Shown here in pieces: positions 13,022-22,747 of a stretch of 47,463 bases of DNA (the stretch's first letter is position 1; each line of letters opens with the position of its first letter). Origin of the DNA: Octopus bimaculoides (taxonomy: Eukaryota); NCBI RefSeq assembly GCF_001194135.2, contig NC_068999.1, positions 7,806,681-7,854,143 on the forward strand, read 5' to 3'. The translations under genes were made by a program, and so were the position numbers. The notes under the pieces are model-generated. The model had not been told where the DNA came from. It did not search any database and worked only from the letters and a program-made list of their open reading frames with translations.

Positions 13022-13402
13022 AGACATGGTCTTACAGTTAAGAAGCTCACTTTGTAATCATATGGTGCCGGGTTAGTCCGCCTGTGCAGCGCTTTGGACA
13101 AGTGTCTTCTACTATAGCTCCTGACCGACCAAAGCCTTGCGATAGAATATGGTGAGCGAAAACTGTGCGGAAGCTCCTTGTATGTGTATGTGTGTTTGTT
13201 TGTGTATGTGTGTTTGTTACCTAATCCACCGATTGACGACCGGTGTTGTTTTGTTCAGATACTGGTAACTTAGCGGTTCGGCAGGAGTCAGTGATAGAAT
13301 AAGCACCAGACGTAAACAAGACAGCAACAGGTGTCGATTCGTTCGACTAAATGCACCAGGGTGTGCAAAATCCAAGTAGTGAAATAAATAAAAGATAAAA
13401 AT
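13022..13402 (+). mobile_element. SINE family A, near full-length diverged copy
   Basis: Head GGACAAGTGTCTTCTACTATAG, central (TG)n, core AACTTAGCGGTTCGGC...GATAGAATAAG, and A-rich tail. Confidence 0.85.
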
Positions 13403-13403
13403 A

Positions 13404-13651
13404 GGCGCATAGGCTCATGGTCGTAGGCGTGGCTGTCTGGTAAGATGCTTGCTTCCCAACGACATGGTTCGGGGTTCAGTCCCACTTCATGACACCTCGG
13501 GCAAGTGTCTTCTATTATAATCTCGCACTGACGAAAACCTTGTGATTGGATTTGGTAGACGGAAACTGAAAGAAGCCCGTCGTATATATATATATATATA
13601 TGTGTGTGTTTGTGTGTGTGTGTGTGTATATGTTTGTGTCTGCGTGTGTGC

Positions 13652-13693
<42 letters not shown>

Positions 13694-13899
13694 TCATATG
13701 TGGAAATTTCATGTTGGACTGCTGGAATCTACAAGTTTTTTCTACTCTCTCACCATTCATTTTCTCTTATTCCTCTCTGTTGAAAAGCGTAGGTTCGAAA
13801 CGTAAAAGACTTTTTCGTTTTTCCCGTGCGTCAATCTAACACACTGGCTTCTTGTTCATACACCTGTCTTTGTCTTTTGTTTGTCTATAAATTTCAACT

Positions 13900-13932
<33 letters not shown>

Positions 13933-14149
13933 TTCTGTGTTTGTCCCTCTATCACCGCTTGACAACCGGTGTAGTTATGTCCTCGTTACCTATCGTTTCG
14001 GTCAAAAAAACTAAATAATGATAAAATTGGTACTAGGCTTAAAAAATAAATCCTTGAGTCAATTTATTCGATTAAAATGCCTTCAAGGCGGTGCTCCGGC
14101 ATGGCTGCAGTCAAATGATTGAAACAATTGAAAGGTAAAAGACAAAATA
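13404..14149 (+). mobile_element. SINE family A, full-length, with an insert in its central microsatellite
   Basis: A box GTGGCTGTCTGG, B box GGTTCAGTCCC, GGAAACTGAAAGAAGCCCGTCG, microsatellite, then CGCTTGACAACCGG...GGCGGTGCTCCGGCATGGCTGCAGTCAAATGA. Confidence 0.92.
13691..13900 (+). mobile_element. Probable Penelope-like element terminal (pLTR) fragment nested in SINE A
   Basis: Non-SINE block containing TGAAAAGCGTAGGTTCGAAACGT and a T-rich 3' end, which resembles PLE termini. Family assignment is from memory. Confidence 0.5.
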
Positions 14150-14346
14150 CTCGTAAAAAAGGAGAGAGAATAATTCACGATGAACTTTCGCGGTTATCTC
14201 CGATGCATTAACAGCGAAACTGATTTGATTTTACTTACATCTTGTACGTAAAAAGATTTGATCAAACATTATACCCAAGAGAGATTTTAGTTGCTTTCAT
14301 GTGCAATTATAGTAATTTAATTGATGATTACTTTTATTTGCCTTAC

Positions 14347-14533
14347 TTTGAAGGAGAAGCGAAATAGATCACGGCTAAGACATGAAACATGAATAAAAGA
14401 CAACTCTTCTGCACATTTCCTTTCACCTAAATTTGAATCTGGAGTCTGAGGTACTTTAATATCATCCACATATACATCACTGCTTTCTTCGGAACAAATA
14501 TTGATTCCTTTCATAAGACATAACACAAAATTC
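14347..14533 (-). CDS. Candidate internal coding exon of unknown gene
   Basis: Open frame NFVLCLMKGINICSEESSDVYVDDIKVPQTPDSNLGERKCAEELSFIHVSCLSRDLFRFSFK with A/T-ending codons. Donor AAA|GTAAGG; weak acceptor CCTTCCTCTAAAAG. No homolog recognised. Confidence 0.3.
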
Positions 14534-14856
14534 CTTTTAGAGGAAGGCATATGTATTCGATTTAATTGATTCTTTTATATATAAGCTTCTATACCAAATT
14601 TATCAACGTTGGTGAGTTTATACATGAAAGTAAACGAATTATTTTAACACATAGGAACGTCTTTAGAAGCTAAAACTTCTAATTACGTTCACTTAGGTTA
14701 TTGCTTCTGTAATTCACTAAATTGACCCCAGTTTAACTCCAAGTTAATTCTGGGTGTATTATTGGAGTTCATCCAAAACGTGATCCCTTTCAAAAAGGCG
14801 AAGGCGTCCTGACTGAACGAATTCTGTATATTTATTACGATAAATATATTAAAATA

Positions 14857-15575
14857 GGTACAAGTATGGGTGTATGGTTATGAAGTTCGATTTGCAATCA
14901 TGAGGCTTTTGTTTCAGTCCCGCTACTATTGCTCGGGCCAACCAATTCATTCAGAATGAATTTAGTTAATGGTATCTGAGAAGAAACTGTTCGTATATCT
15001 ATATACATAAATGGCAATTTCTGTGTTTGTGGCTACGCGTGTGTGAATTTGTGAATTTGCTACTTTAACTCCTCCGAGACTATCCAACCGAGCTTGACGA
15101 AACTTGACACGTATGTGGGGCTTATGCCCATGCGGTCACTTACGAACTTGGAATATATAAAAAGATCGATAATTTTTATATAGCATTGATTTTTCAAAAA
15201 TCAATAGGAATCTTCAATGCAAATTCTCATATGAGTGTTATTTTCTGTCATCACTTTTAAAATTTTCAACTGATTTTCTTGAAATTCTATAGACAGATAG
15301 AATATTCGCTAAGGGTGGGTTGAGAAATTTTTACCTAGGCCACTCAAGCAAAGCATAGGATAATTTTTGATTAACAGATTAACGAAATTTGGTCTAAATT
15401 GTTGTGTGGGTTAAAATGTCCATCAGTTATTTCGTATACATATGTATGTATTTTGATTACAACCAGTGTTTACCTAAGTCACTGTTACTTAACAGTTCGA
15501 CAAAAAAATATAATAAGTAACAGATATTAAGAATATATAAGTACTGCGGTCGATTAGTTGGAAAGAAATCCTTTA
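14857..15575 (+). mobile_element. SINE family A, old copy split by an insert
   Basis: Head TTTCAGTCCC...GCTCGGGCCAACCAA at 14857-15000. The 3' half CAACCAGTG...ACTTAACAGTTCGAC...TAAGTACTGCGGTCGATT lies at 15440-15575. Confidence 0.65.
15025..15375 (+). mobile_element. Probable non-autonomous Helentron (HINE/DINE-1-like) insert
   Basis: AACTCCTCCGAGACTATCCAACCGAGCTTGACGAAACTTGACACGTATGT resembles the ccgatttt.atgaaa.ttggcac motif. The end GGCCACTCAAGCAAAGCATAGG resembles HINE gcgaagc ends. Confidence 0.45.
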
Positions 15576-15590
15576 TTTCACGCCTAAATA

Positions 15591-15791
15591 AATAATCCAT
15601 TCTATTATTGGCACAAAGCCTGAAATTTAGGGGCGGGTTCTAGTCGATCACATCGACCCCAGTACTCAACTGGTACTATTTATCGACCTCCGAACGATGA
15701 AAAGCAAAGTCGACCTCGGCGGAATTTGAATTCAGAACGCAAAGATACACGAAATGTTGCTAAGCATTTTGCCCGGTGTGCTAACGATTCT
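15591..15791 (-). mobile_element. SINE family B, trimer unit 1 (lacks the first ~17 nt of the head)
   Basis: GGCACAAAGCC...GTCGACCTCGGCGGAATTTGAATTCAGAAC...GCTAACGATTCT. Confidence 0.95.
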
Positions 15792-15992
15792 TTTCTTTTC
15801 TACTCTAGGCACAATGCCAGAAATTTTTGGGGAGGGAGCCAGTCGATTAGATCGATTTCAGTACGTAACTGGTACTTAATTTATCGACCCCGAAAGGATG
15901 AAAGGCAAAGTAGACGTCGGTAGAATTTGAACTCAAAACGTAAAGACAGACGAAATACCGCTAAGCATTTCGCACGACGTGCTAACGTTTCT
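15792..15992 (-). mobile_element. SINE family B, trimer unit 2 (lacks the head start)
   Basis: TTTCTTTTCTACTCTAGGCACAATGCC...GGATGAAAGGCAAAG...GCTAACGTTTCT. Confidence 0.95.
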
Positions 15993-16215
15993 TATTTCTT
16001 TATTGCCCACACGGGGCTAAACATAGAGGGGACAAACAAGGAGTTTAAGTCGATTGCATCGACCGCAGTGAGTAACTAGTACTTAATTTATCGACTCCGA
16101 AAGGATGAAAGGCAAAGTCGACCTCGGTGGAATTTGAACTCAGAACGTAAAGGCAAAAGAAATATTGCTAAGCATTTCGCCCGGCGTGCTAACGTTTCTG
16201 CTAGCTCGCCGCCTT
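15993..16215 (-). mobile_element. SINE family B, trimer unit 3 (complete head, alternative tail)
   Basis: Tail TATTTCTTTATTGCCCACACGGGGCTAAACATAGAGGGGACAAAC; head GCTAACGTTTCTGCTAGCTCGCCGCCTT. Confidence 0.95.
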
Positions 16216-16224
16216 GGAGTAAGA

Positions 16225-16440
16225 ATAATTTTACCTAATATTGGCACAAGAATAGCAATACTACAGTAGGGGTAGAGGAAAATCGAACAAATGAGCATTC
16301 AACACAGCATTTAGCTGCTATGTGTTTTATCAAGTCCAGTGGAATGAACGGTAGAGTTAATAGCTTCGCTGTTTGGTCAGAACAAATACCATAATAGAAT
16401 TTTTCCGATATTCTAAGCAATCTGCCATGCTACTACCCTT
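16225..16440 (-). mobile_element. SINE family B, very old copy
   Basis: AATATTGGCACAAG...TTTTATC...AAATACC...GCAATCTGCCATGCTACTACCCTT. Confidence 0.55.
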
Positions 16441-16859
16441 GAGAAACAGCCAAAGAACGTTATGAATATAATTCGTAGCGCTATCCTTCTAAATCATGAT
16501 TGCAATTAATAATGAGAAGCAATATAAAAACACATCGCTTTCTAAATAATTTGCATCATGTAGTTCCCAATATAATACTGGTACGATTTAAACGTACATT
16601 AAAGTACATGAAACTTTGTATATATTCTGTCCATGTTTTCCATATACTTTATCAATTGGTATGGTTATCTATAACAAACAATTTACGTGTGTATTATATC
16701 AATGTTTCGATATAGTTTACTGTTATTATAAGTATACAGCTACGATATACAGAATCCTTTTTATATAATAGTTGGTCGTTATTTGACGAATATAAAAGAC
16801 AGGCCATACAGCTAATTGCTTCAACAGCTGTTTACGATTTGTTTAGCAATTGTAAAGTG

Positions 16860-17047
16860 TATATATGTATATATACACATATATATGTGTCTGTCTGTGT
16901 ACGTGTCTTTGTCTGTGTATGTGTGTGTATATATATTTTTTTGGCTCAGCAGTATCAATCATACTATATATGTATATGTATATATATACGTATACATATA
17001 TACATTCATATATATGTATATATATACACATACATATATACACATAC

Positions 17048-17105
<58 letters not shown>

Positions 17106-17160
17106 ATGTATATATATTTATATAAATATGTATATATATACACACATATACATATAGATA
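16860..17160. repeat. Compound (TA)/(TG)/(CATA) microsatellite; an (ATATA)n pentamer repeat lies at 17369-17420
   Basis: Direct reading. Confidence 0.95.
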
Positions 17161-18508
17161 TTTGCAACGATAAAAAAGACAATATAACGGACCAATCTAT
17201 ATTCACGATCTATAAATCTAATTGCATGTTTTTGTTTATATCCGTTTATGCTAAGAATAGATTACATTCAAAATGTCGCTATTAGTTATGTCTATATTTC
17301 CAGAAACATTTAAACATAAACAACGTCTGTGATTCATTTATAATCACAAGAATGCACATGCATACATATATGATATAATATAATATAATATAATATAATA
17401 TAATATAATACAATATGATATCAGTGAAGGGAACATGTGGTTTGCTTCTGGTAGTGATTAACCATTGAGGATGAATCTGTTCGAGGTTAAACTAAGTTAA
17501 GTTGAAGGAAATGTATATTTAACTTTTAATTATATATTAAAAAATTTTTTTGTCTTTTTTCTTAATAAAAACGTTTTAAAGATTTAGGCATTGGTATCCG
17601 TGTACTAATGTAGTATTGTATATATAATTATATGTATACATATATGCATGTATATACATATCTATACATATATATATGTATATATATATATATATATATA
17701 TNNNNNNNNNNNNNNNNNNNNNNNNNNNNNNNNNNNNNNNNNNNNNNNNNNNNNNNNNNNNNNNNNNNNNNNNNNNNNNNNNNNNNNNNNNNNNNNNNNN
17801 NNNNNNNNNNNNNNNNNNNNNNNNNNNNNNNNNNNNNNNNNNNNNNNNNNNNNNNNNNNNNNNNNNNNNNNNNNNNNNNNNNNNNNNNNNNNNNNNNNNN
17901 NNNNNNNNNNNNNNNNNNNNNNNNNNNNNNNNNNNNNNNNNNNNNNNNNNNNNNNNNNNNNNNNNNNNNNNNNNNNNNNNNNNNNNNNNNNNNNNNNNNN
18001 NNNNNNNNNNNNNNNNNNNNNNNNNNNNNNNNNNNNNNNNNNNNNNNNNNNNNNNNNNNNNNNNNNNNNNNNNNNNNNNNNNNNNNNNNNNNNNNNNNNN
18101 NNNNNNNNNNNNNNNNNNNNNNNNNNNNNNNNNNNNNNNNNNNNNNNNNNNNNNNNNNNNNNNNNNNNNNNNNNNNNNNNNNNNNNNNNNNNNNNNNNNN
18201 NNNNNNNNNNNNNNNNNNNNNNNNNNNNNNNNNNNNNNNNNNNNNNNNNNNNNNNNNNNNNNNNNNNNNNNNNNNNNNNNNNNNNNNNNNNNNNNNNNNN
18301 NNNNNNNNNNNNNNNNNNNNNNNNNNNNNNNNNNNNNNNNNNNNNNNNNNNNNNNNNNNNNNNNNNNNNNNNNNNNNNNNNNNNNNNNNNNNNNNNNNNN
18401 NNNNNNNNNNNNNNNNNNNNNNNNNNNNNNNNNNNNNNNNNNNNNNNNNNNNNNNNNNNNNNNNNNNNNNNNNNNNNNNNNNNNNNNNNNNNNNNNNNNN
18501 NNNNNNNN

Positions 18509-18558
<50 letters not shown>

Positions 18559-18814
18559 CTGAATATCAGTGGGCGTTATGGCTTTATTTGTGTAGTGATA
18601 AATATAATATCTATCACATCTATAATATTATATTGATATCCCAAATATAGACGTTCTGTCAATATTCACAAAATATGTTTATCTTAACCATGGAGAAGAT
18701 TTATTAAATTACTACTACTAATACTATGTAGATGTTATGGTATAGGTATTACATATTCCAATAGATTTGCATTGTGAGAAATTTGTTTATCTATTCAATA
18801 ATTGCTATTTCGTA

Positions 18815-18985
18815 TCACGTGTTTCACTCATTAGACTATGGCCGTCCTGGAGTAACTTGTTCAAGGGTTTAGCCGAACAAATCGACTCTGGTATTTATTT
18901 GATAATTTGGTCTGGTAATTATTCTATTGTACACATTCGTCGAAGCATGAAGTTGCGGGGACGTAAACTAACCGTCATTGGTTAA
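18815..18985 (-). mobile_element. SINE family A 3' half
   Basis: TTTCACTCATTAGACTATGGCCGTCCTGGAG...GAAGTTGCGGGGACGTAAAC. Confidence 0.7.
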
Positions 18986-19009
18986 TACATGCATAAATTC
19001 ATATATGTG

Positions 19010-19045
<36 letters not shown>

Positions 19046-19454
19046 CATGTATGTTTGTATATATATGTGTACTATAAAATGTTAGGAGTTTTGAGAGATG
19101 AATATCAAGTGTTTAACTACTTGACATCCTTAGGATTACGGCCGTTTCGCAGCGATACGTAATAATTTCAGCATAGAAGAAAATATGCTTACGTGGCCAG
19201 ATTAGTACCAATTATAAGCACGCATGAACAGAAGGTATGGTGACAATATCAAAGATATGTTATGGCGAAAATGCGAATAACTTTTGACTTTCCCTCGTAT
19301 ATANNNNNNNNNNNNNNNNNNNNNNNNNNNNNNNNNNNNNNNNNNNNNNNNNNNNNNNNNNNNNNNNNNNNNNNNNNNNNNNNNNNNNNNNNNNNNNNNN
19401 NNNNNNNNNNNNNNNNNNNNNNNNNNNNNNNNNNNNNNNNNNNNNNNNNNNNNN

Positions 19455-19506
<52 letters not shown>

Positions 19507-20423
19507 GGATTGAGACAGAAAGGAATATCTAGCTACATAGATAGATTTTAAAATGTGACAGAGAGAAACTTAACACCACGAGGCACGGAATATATGAAAG
19601 TTCATAGATAATAATCTAAACTTACCGATTGTATGTCAACATGTCTATTTTTCTTAATATAACTTGTTTCTTATAAATGTCGCATATTATTTCAAACACG
19701 AACCAGCGCCTTCTTTACGTAAGAGATCCATAAAATCTCTTACAAAATAAACTAATTATGTCTTTATAGCACCAAAGTTTACTCCTTTGATGTTTGTTAC
19801 GTGGTTTTTATCTTCTGTGTTGGCATTTCGAAATCAGAAAGAAGTATTTAGATTTTTGTCTTGTTATGCATACGTTACTCAAAATTATCATTCTACATGT
19901 TCATGCGTGGAATGTTACTGAAAGGTCACACGATAAATTCTTATGTATTTTACTTATCTTTGCTTAAAGCATTGAGATTATAATACACATTTGAGGTTTT
20001 ATCAATATGTTTTGAATAATGCAGTAAATAAAATTAAGTAATGTAAATTAAAATCTGATGACAACCATAAATACTAAAACCAGGTACTTGCGAAACTGAC
20101 ATAATTCGTTACAAACAGTATAAATCTGATATTCTGTCCTATCAATAGTACGAAATATAATACGAACGCTTTATATCACTTATATAGTAATGATGGCTAA
20201 GAAAGAGACAATGGGAGAGAAACAGAATGATAGAGAGAGGTTTAGAGAGCGAGAAAAGGCCTTGCAATGCAAACTGCATGCAGAATTATATATATATATA
20301 TATATGTGTAAGTATGATTGTATATGGATACACACACTGTATATATATAGGCTAAGATCAATGAGTAGTATATATATATCTATATATATATATATGTATA
20401 TATATGTAGGTCATATATACATA

Positions 20424-20727
20424 GGCGTAGGAGTGACTGTGTGGTAGGTAGCTTGCTTACGAACCACAGTGTTCTGGGTTCAGTCCCACTGCGTGACACA
20501 TTGAGCAAGTGTCTTCTATTATAGCCTCGAGCCGACTAAAGTCTTGTGAGTGGATTTGCTAGACGGAAACTGAAAGAAACTCGTCGTATATATGTATGTG
20601 TGTGTGTGTCTATGTTTGTGTGTCTGTGTGTCCAACCAACATCGCTTGACAACCGATGTTGGTGTGTTTACGTCCCCGTAATCTAGCGGTTCGGCCTAAG
20701 AGATCGATAGAATAAGTACTAGGCTTA
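20424..20727 (+). mobile_element. SINE family A, young copy lacking its tail
   Basis: GGCGTAGGAGTGACTGTGTGGTAGG...GGTTCAGTCCCACTGCG...CGCTTGACAACCGATGTTGG...TAAGTACTAGGCTTA, cut at a TA. Confidence 0.95.
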
Positions 20728-21039
20728 CTCCAAAAACGAATAGTCACCAAAAAATGCTAATGGTGTCTGTTTGGTGGCCGAGCGCTGGTGTCATCAAACC
20801 AGTGCTCGACCCATGAATTCTGCATCCTAATAAGTAGTTTGTTTACATTTGAAAATTCCTAAACATTGTCCTGAAACAAATCATTTCGTAACTCGAGACA
20901 GAAAAATACTTTATTTTCCTGAAGAGATTTTAACGATATATCGTTTATTACATATATAAAATTTATAATTATTGATGATTCAAACATATTGTTGGATTGA
21001 AACACACACATATACATATATGTACATGTATATATATGT

Positions 21040-21235
21040 TTATAGCTGTGTTTCTTCTAGCCACCACCTTTTGAGAAACAGGTGTACTTTTCTTCAATCC
21101 TTGTAATTTATCAATTCCTTAAAAGCGATCTTTACAATAAATAAACGACTTGTAATTGTTTGAATAAAACCTTTCAAAGTGGTGCTCCAGCATGGTCGTG
21201 GTCCAATGACTGAGTCAACAAAATAAAATTAATGA
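21040..21235 (+). mobile_element. SINE family A 3' half, old
   Basis: AAAGTGGTGCTCCAGCATGGTCGTGGTCCAATGACTGAG tail. Confidence 0.7.
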
Positions 21236-22326
21236 TAAAATATTAATGAGAATTCTTGTTTTTTCTTAAATTTGGTAGAAAAAAACATATTACAGAATTT
21301 CACCTCTAACTAATAACAGTAAAAAAAAAAGTCTGTCGAAATGGTTTAACTAGGCAGAAGATTGTTGTAAAGAAGAAAGAACCTGAATTTTAATGCTAAA
21401 TCAGTCTGTGGCATGTGCAGTAATTACTGTATTTATATAGAAGTGAAAAGCTATGTAAACTACCGACAAACCATTTTGAGGGCGAGGATTAATGGGTTTG
21501 AGAAAACAATCTACCACCAAAGCTTTTGTGGAGGTGGGAAAGTGGAAATAAATCATTGTTTATTGGCACTGATGTTGTTTATTGACTGGTTGTTGCTGGC
21601 CTATCATATTTTCTTTTAATGTATATACAAGCTGTTTATAATGCGCTTAAGTAACGAATGACAAATACTGTTAAACACGATTTGTGATAAATATATGTAT
21701 GTTTTTTTTCAGGTTTATCTATATGAATATTCACTATAGTCATATATATATATGTATGTACATATATATATNNNNNNNNNNNNNNNNNNNNNNNNNNNNN
21801 NNNNNNNNNNNNNNNNNNNNNNNNNNNNNNNNNNNNNNNNNNNNNNNNNNNNNNNNNNNNNNNNNNNNNNNNNNNNNNNNNNNNNNNNNNNNNNNNNNNN
21901 NNNNNNNNNNNNNNNNNNNNNNNNNNNNNNNNNNNNNNNNNNNNNNNNNNNNNNNNNNNNNNNNNNNNNNNNNNNNNNNNNNNNNNNNNNNNNNNNNNNN
22001 NNNNNNNNNNNNNNNNNNNNNNNNNNNNNNNNNNNATATATAGATATATATATGCATGCATGTATGTATGTATGTATATTTATATGTATGTATGCATGTA
22101 TGTGTATGTATGTACGTATGTATGTATGTTTTTATGCATGTATGTATGTATGTATAAGCCTGTATCGCTTGAGCGAAGGCATTTTCAAAACAAGACAGTG
22201 CAAACAAAACCAAGAAGCAATCTATACCATTCACAGATGCATATTGTCGCTGGTTTAAAGGATGGACGCCTTTCACTTCCACTGTTTTCATTCTATACTG
22301 TCATTAAAATACATTTTGGAGTATAG

Positions 22327-22428
22327 CATGGTTTAGATGAGGGCGGTGGCAGTGAAGATGACAAGAGACTGTCGTACGCTGTTGACAATCCCATTTTCGG
22401 TTATCCACAGTGTTTCACTTATATATAA
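22327..22428 (+). CDS. Candidate terminal coding exon (cytoplasmic-tail-like peptide)
   Basis: After a pyrimidine-rich tract and TATAG the frame reads HGLDEGGGSEDDKRLSYAVDNPIFGYPQCFTYI*. Motif-level resemblance only. Confidence 0.3.
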   Translation, partial: HGLDEGGGSEDDKRLSYAVDNPIFGYPQCFTYI

Positions 22429-22710
22429 TGATGACAAAGCACCTTTGTGTCCACCGCGTTCTAACTGTCCAAAGTTCAGAGTGTATTTTGTAGTAAATGC
22501 GAAAATAGATCCGTTTAGTTGTTTCAGTCACTAAACTGCGGTCATGATAAGGAACCGCCTTGAATCATTTTAGCTGCAAAAAAAAAAATCCACCCAATCC
22601 TATTGTCCTATCGTCATCTTTTGTCAAAGCGCTAGGTTAGGGGAACGTAAACAAACCAATACTTGTTGTCAAGCGGTGTTGGGGATAAAGCAGTAAAAAA
22701 ACCCAAACAC

Positions 22711-22743
<33 letters not shown>

Positions 22744-22747
<4 letters not shown>

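Noticed and set aside
13404-13500. SINE heads as functional tRNA genes
   Set aside because: They have A/B boxes but no cloverleaf and run directly into SINE bodies.
15591-16215. CRISPR-like or satellite interpretation of the ~200-bp periodic repeats
   Set aside because: The units are tRNA-derived SINEs with A/B boxes in a eukaryotic context. There is no repeat-spacer architecture and no cas genes.
20075-20120. CTGATGA...CGAAAC hammerhead-like pair
   Set aside because: No G-C closing pair for stem II and no stems I or III. The CTGATGA hits near 35615 and 43303 lack a GAAA partner.
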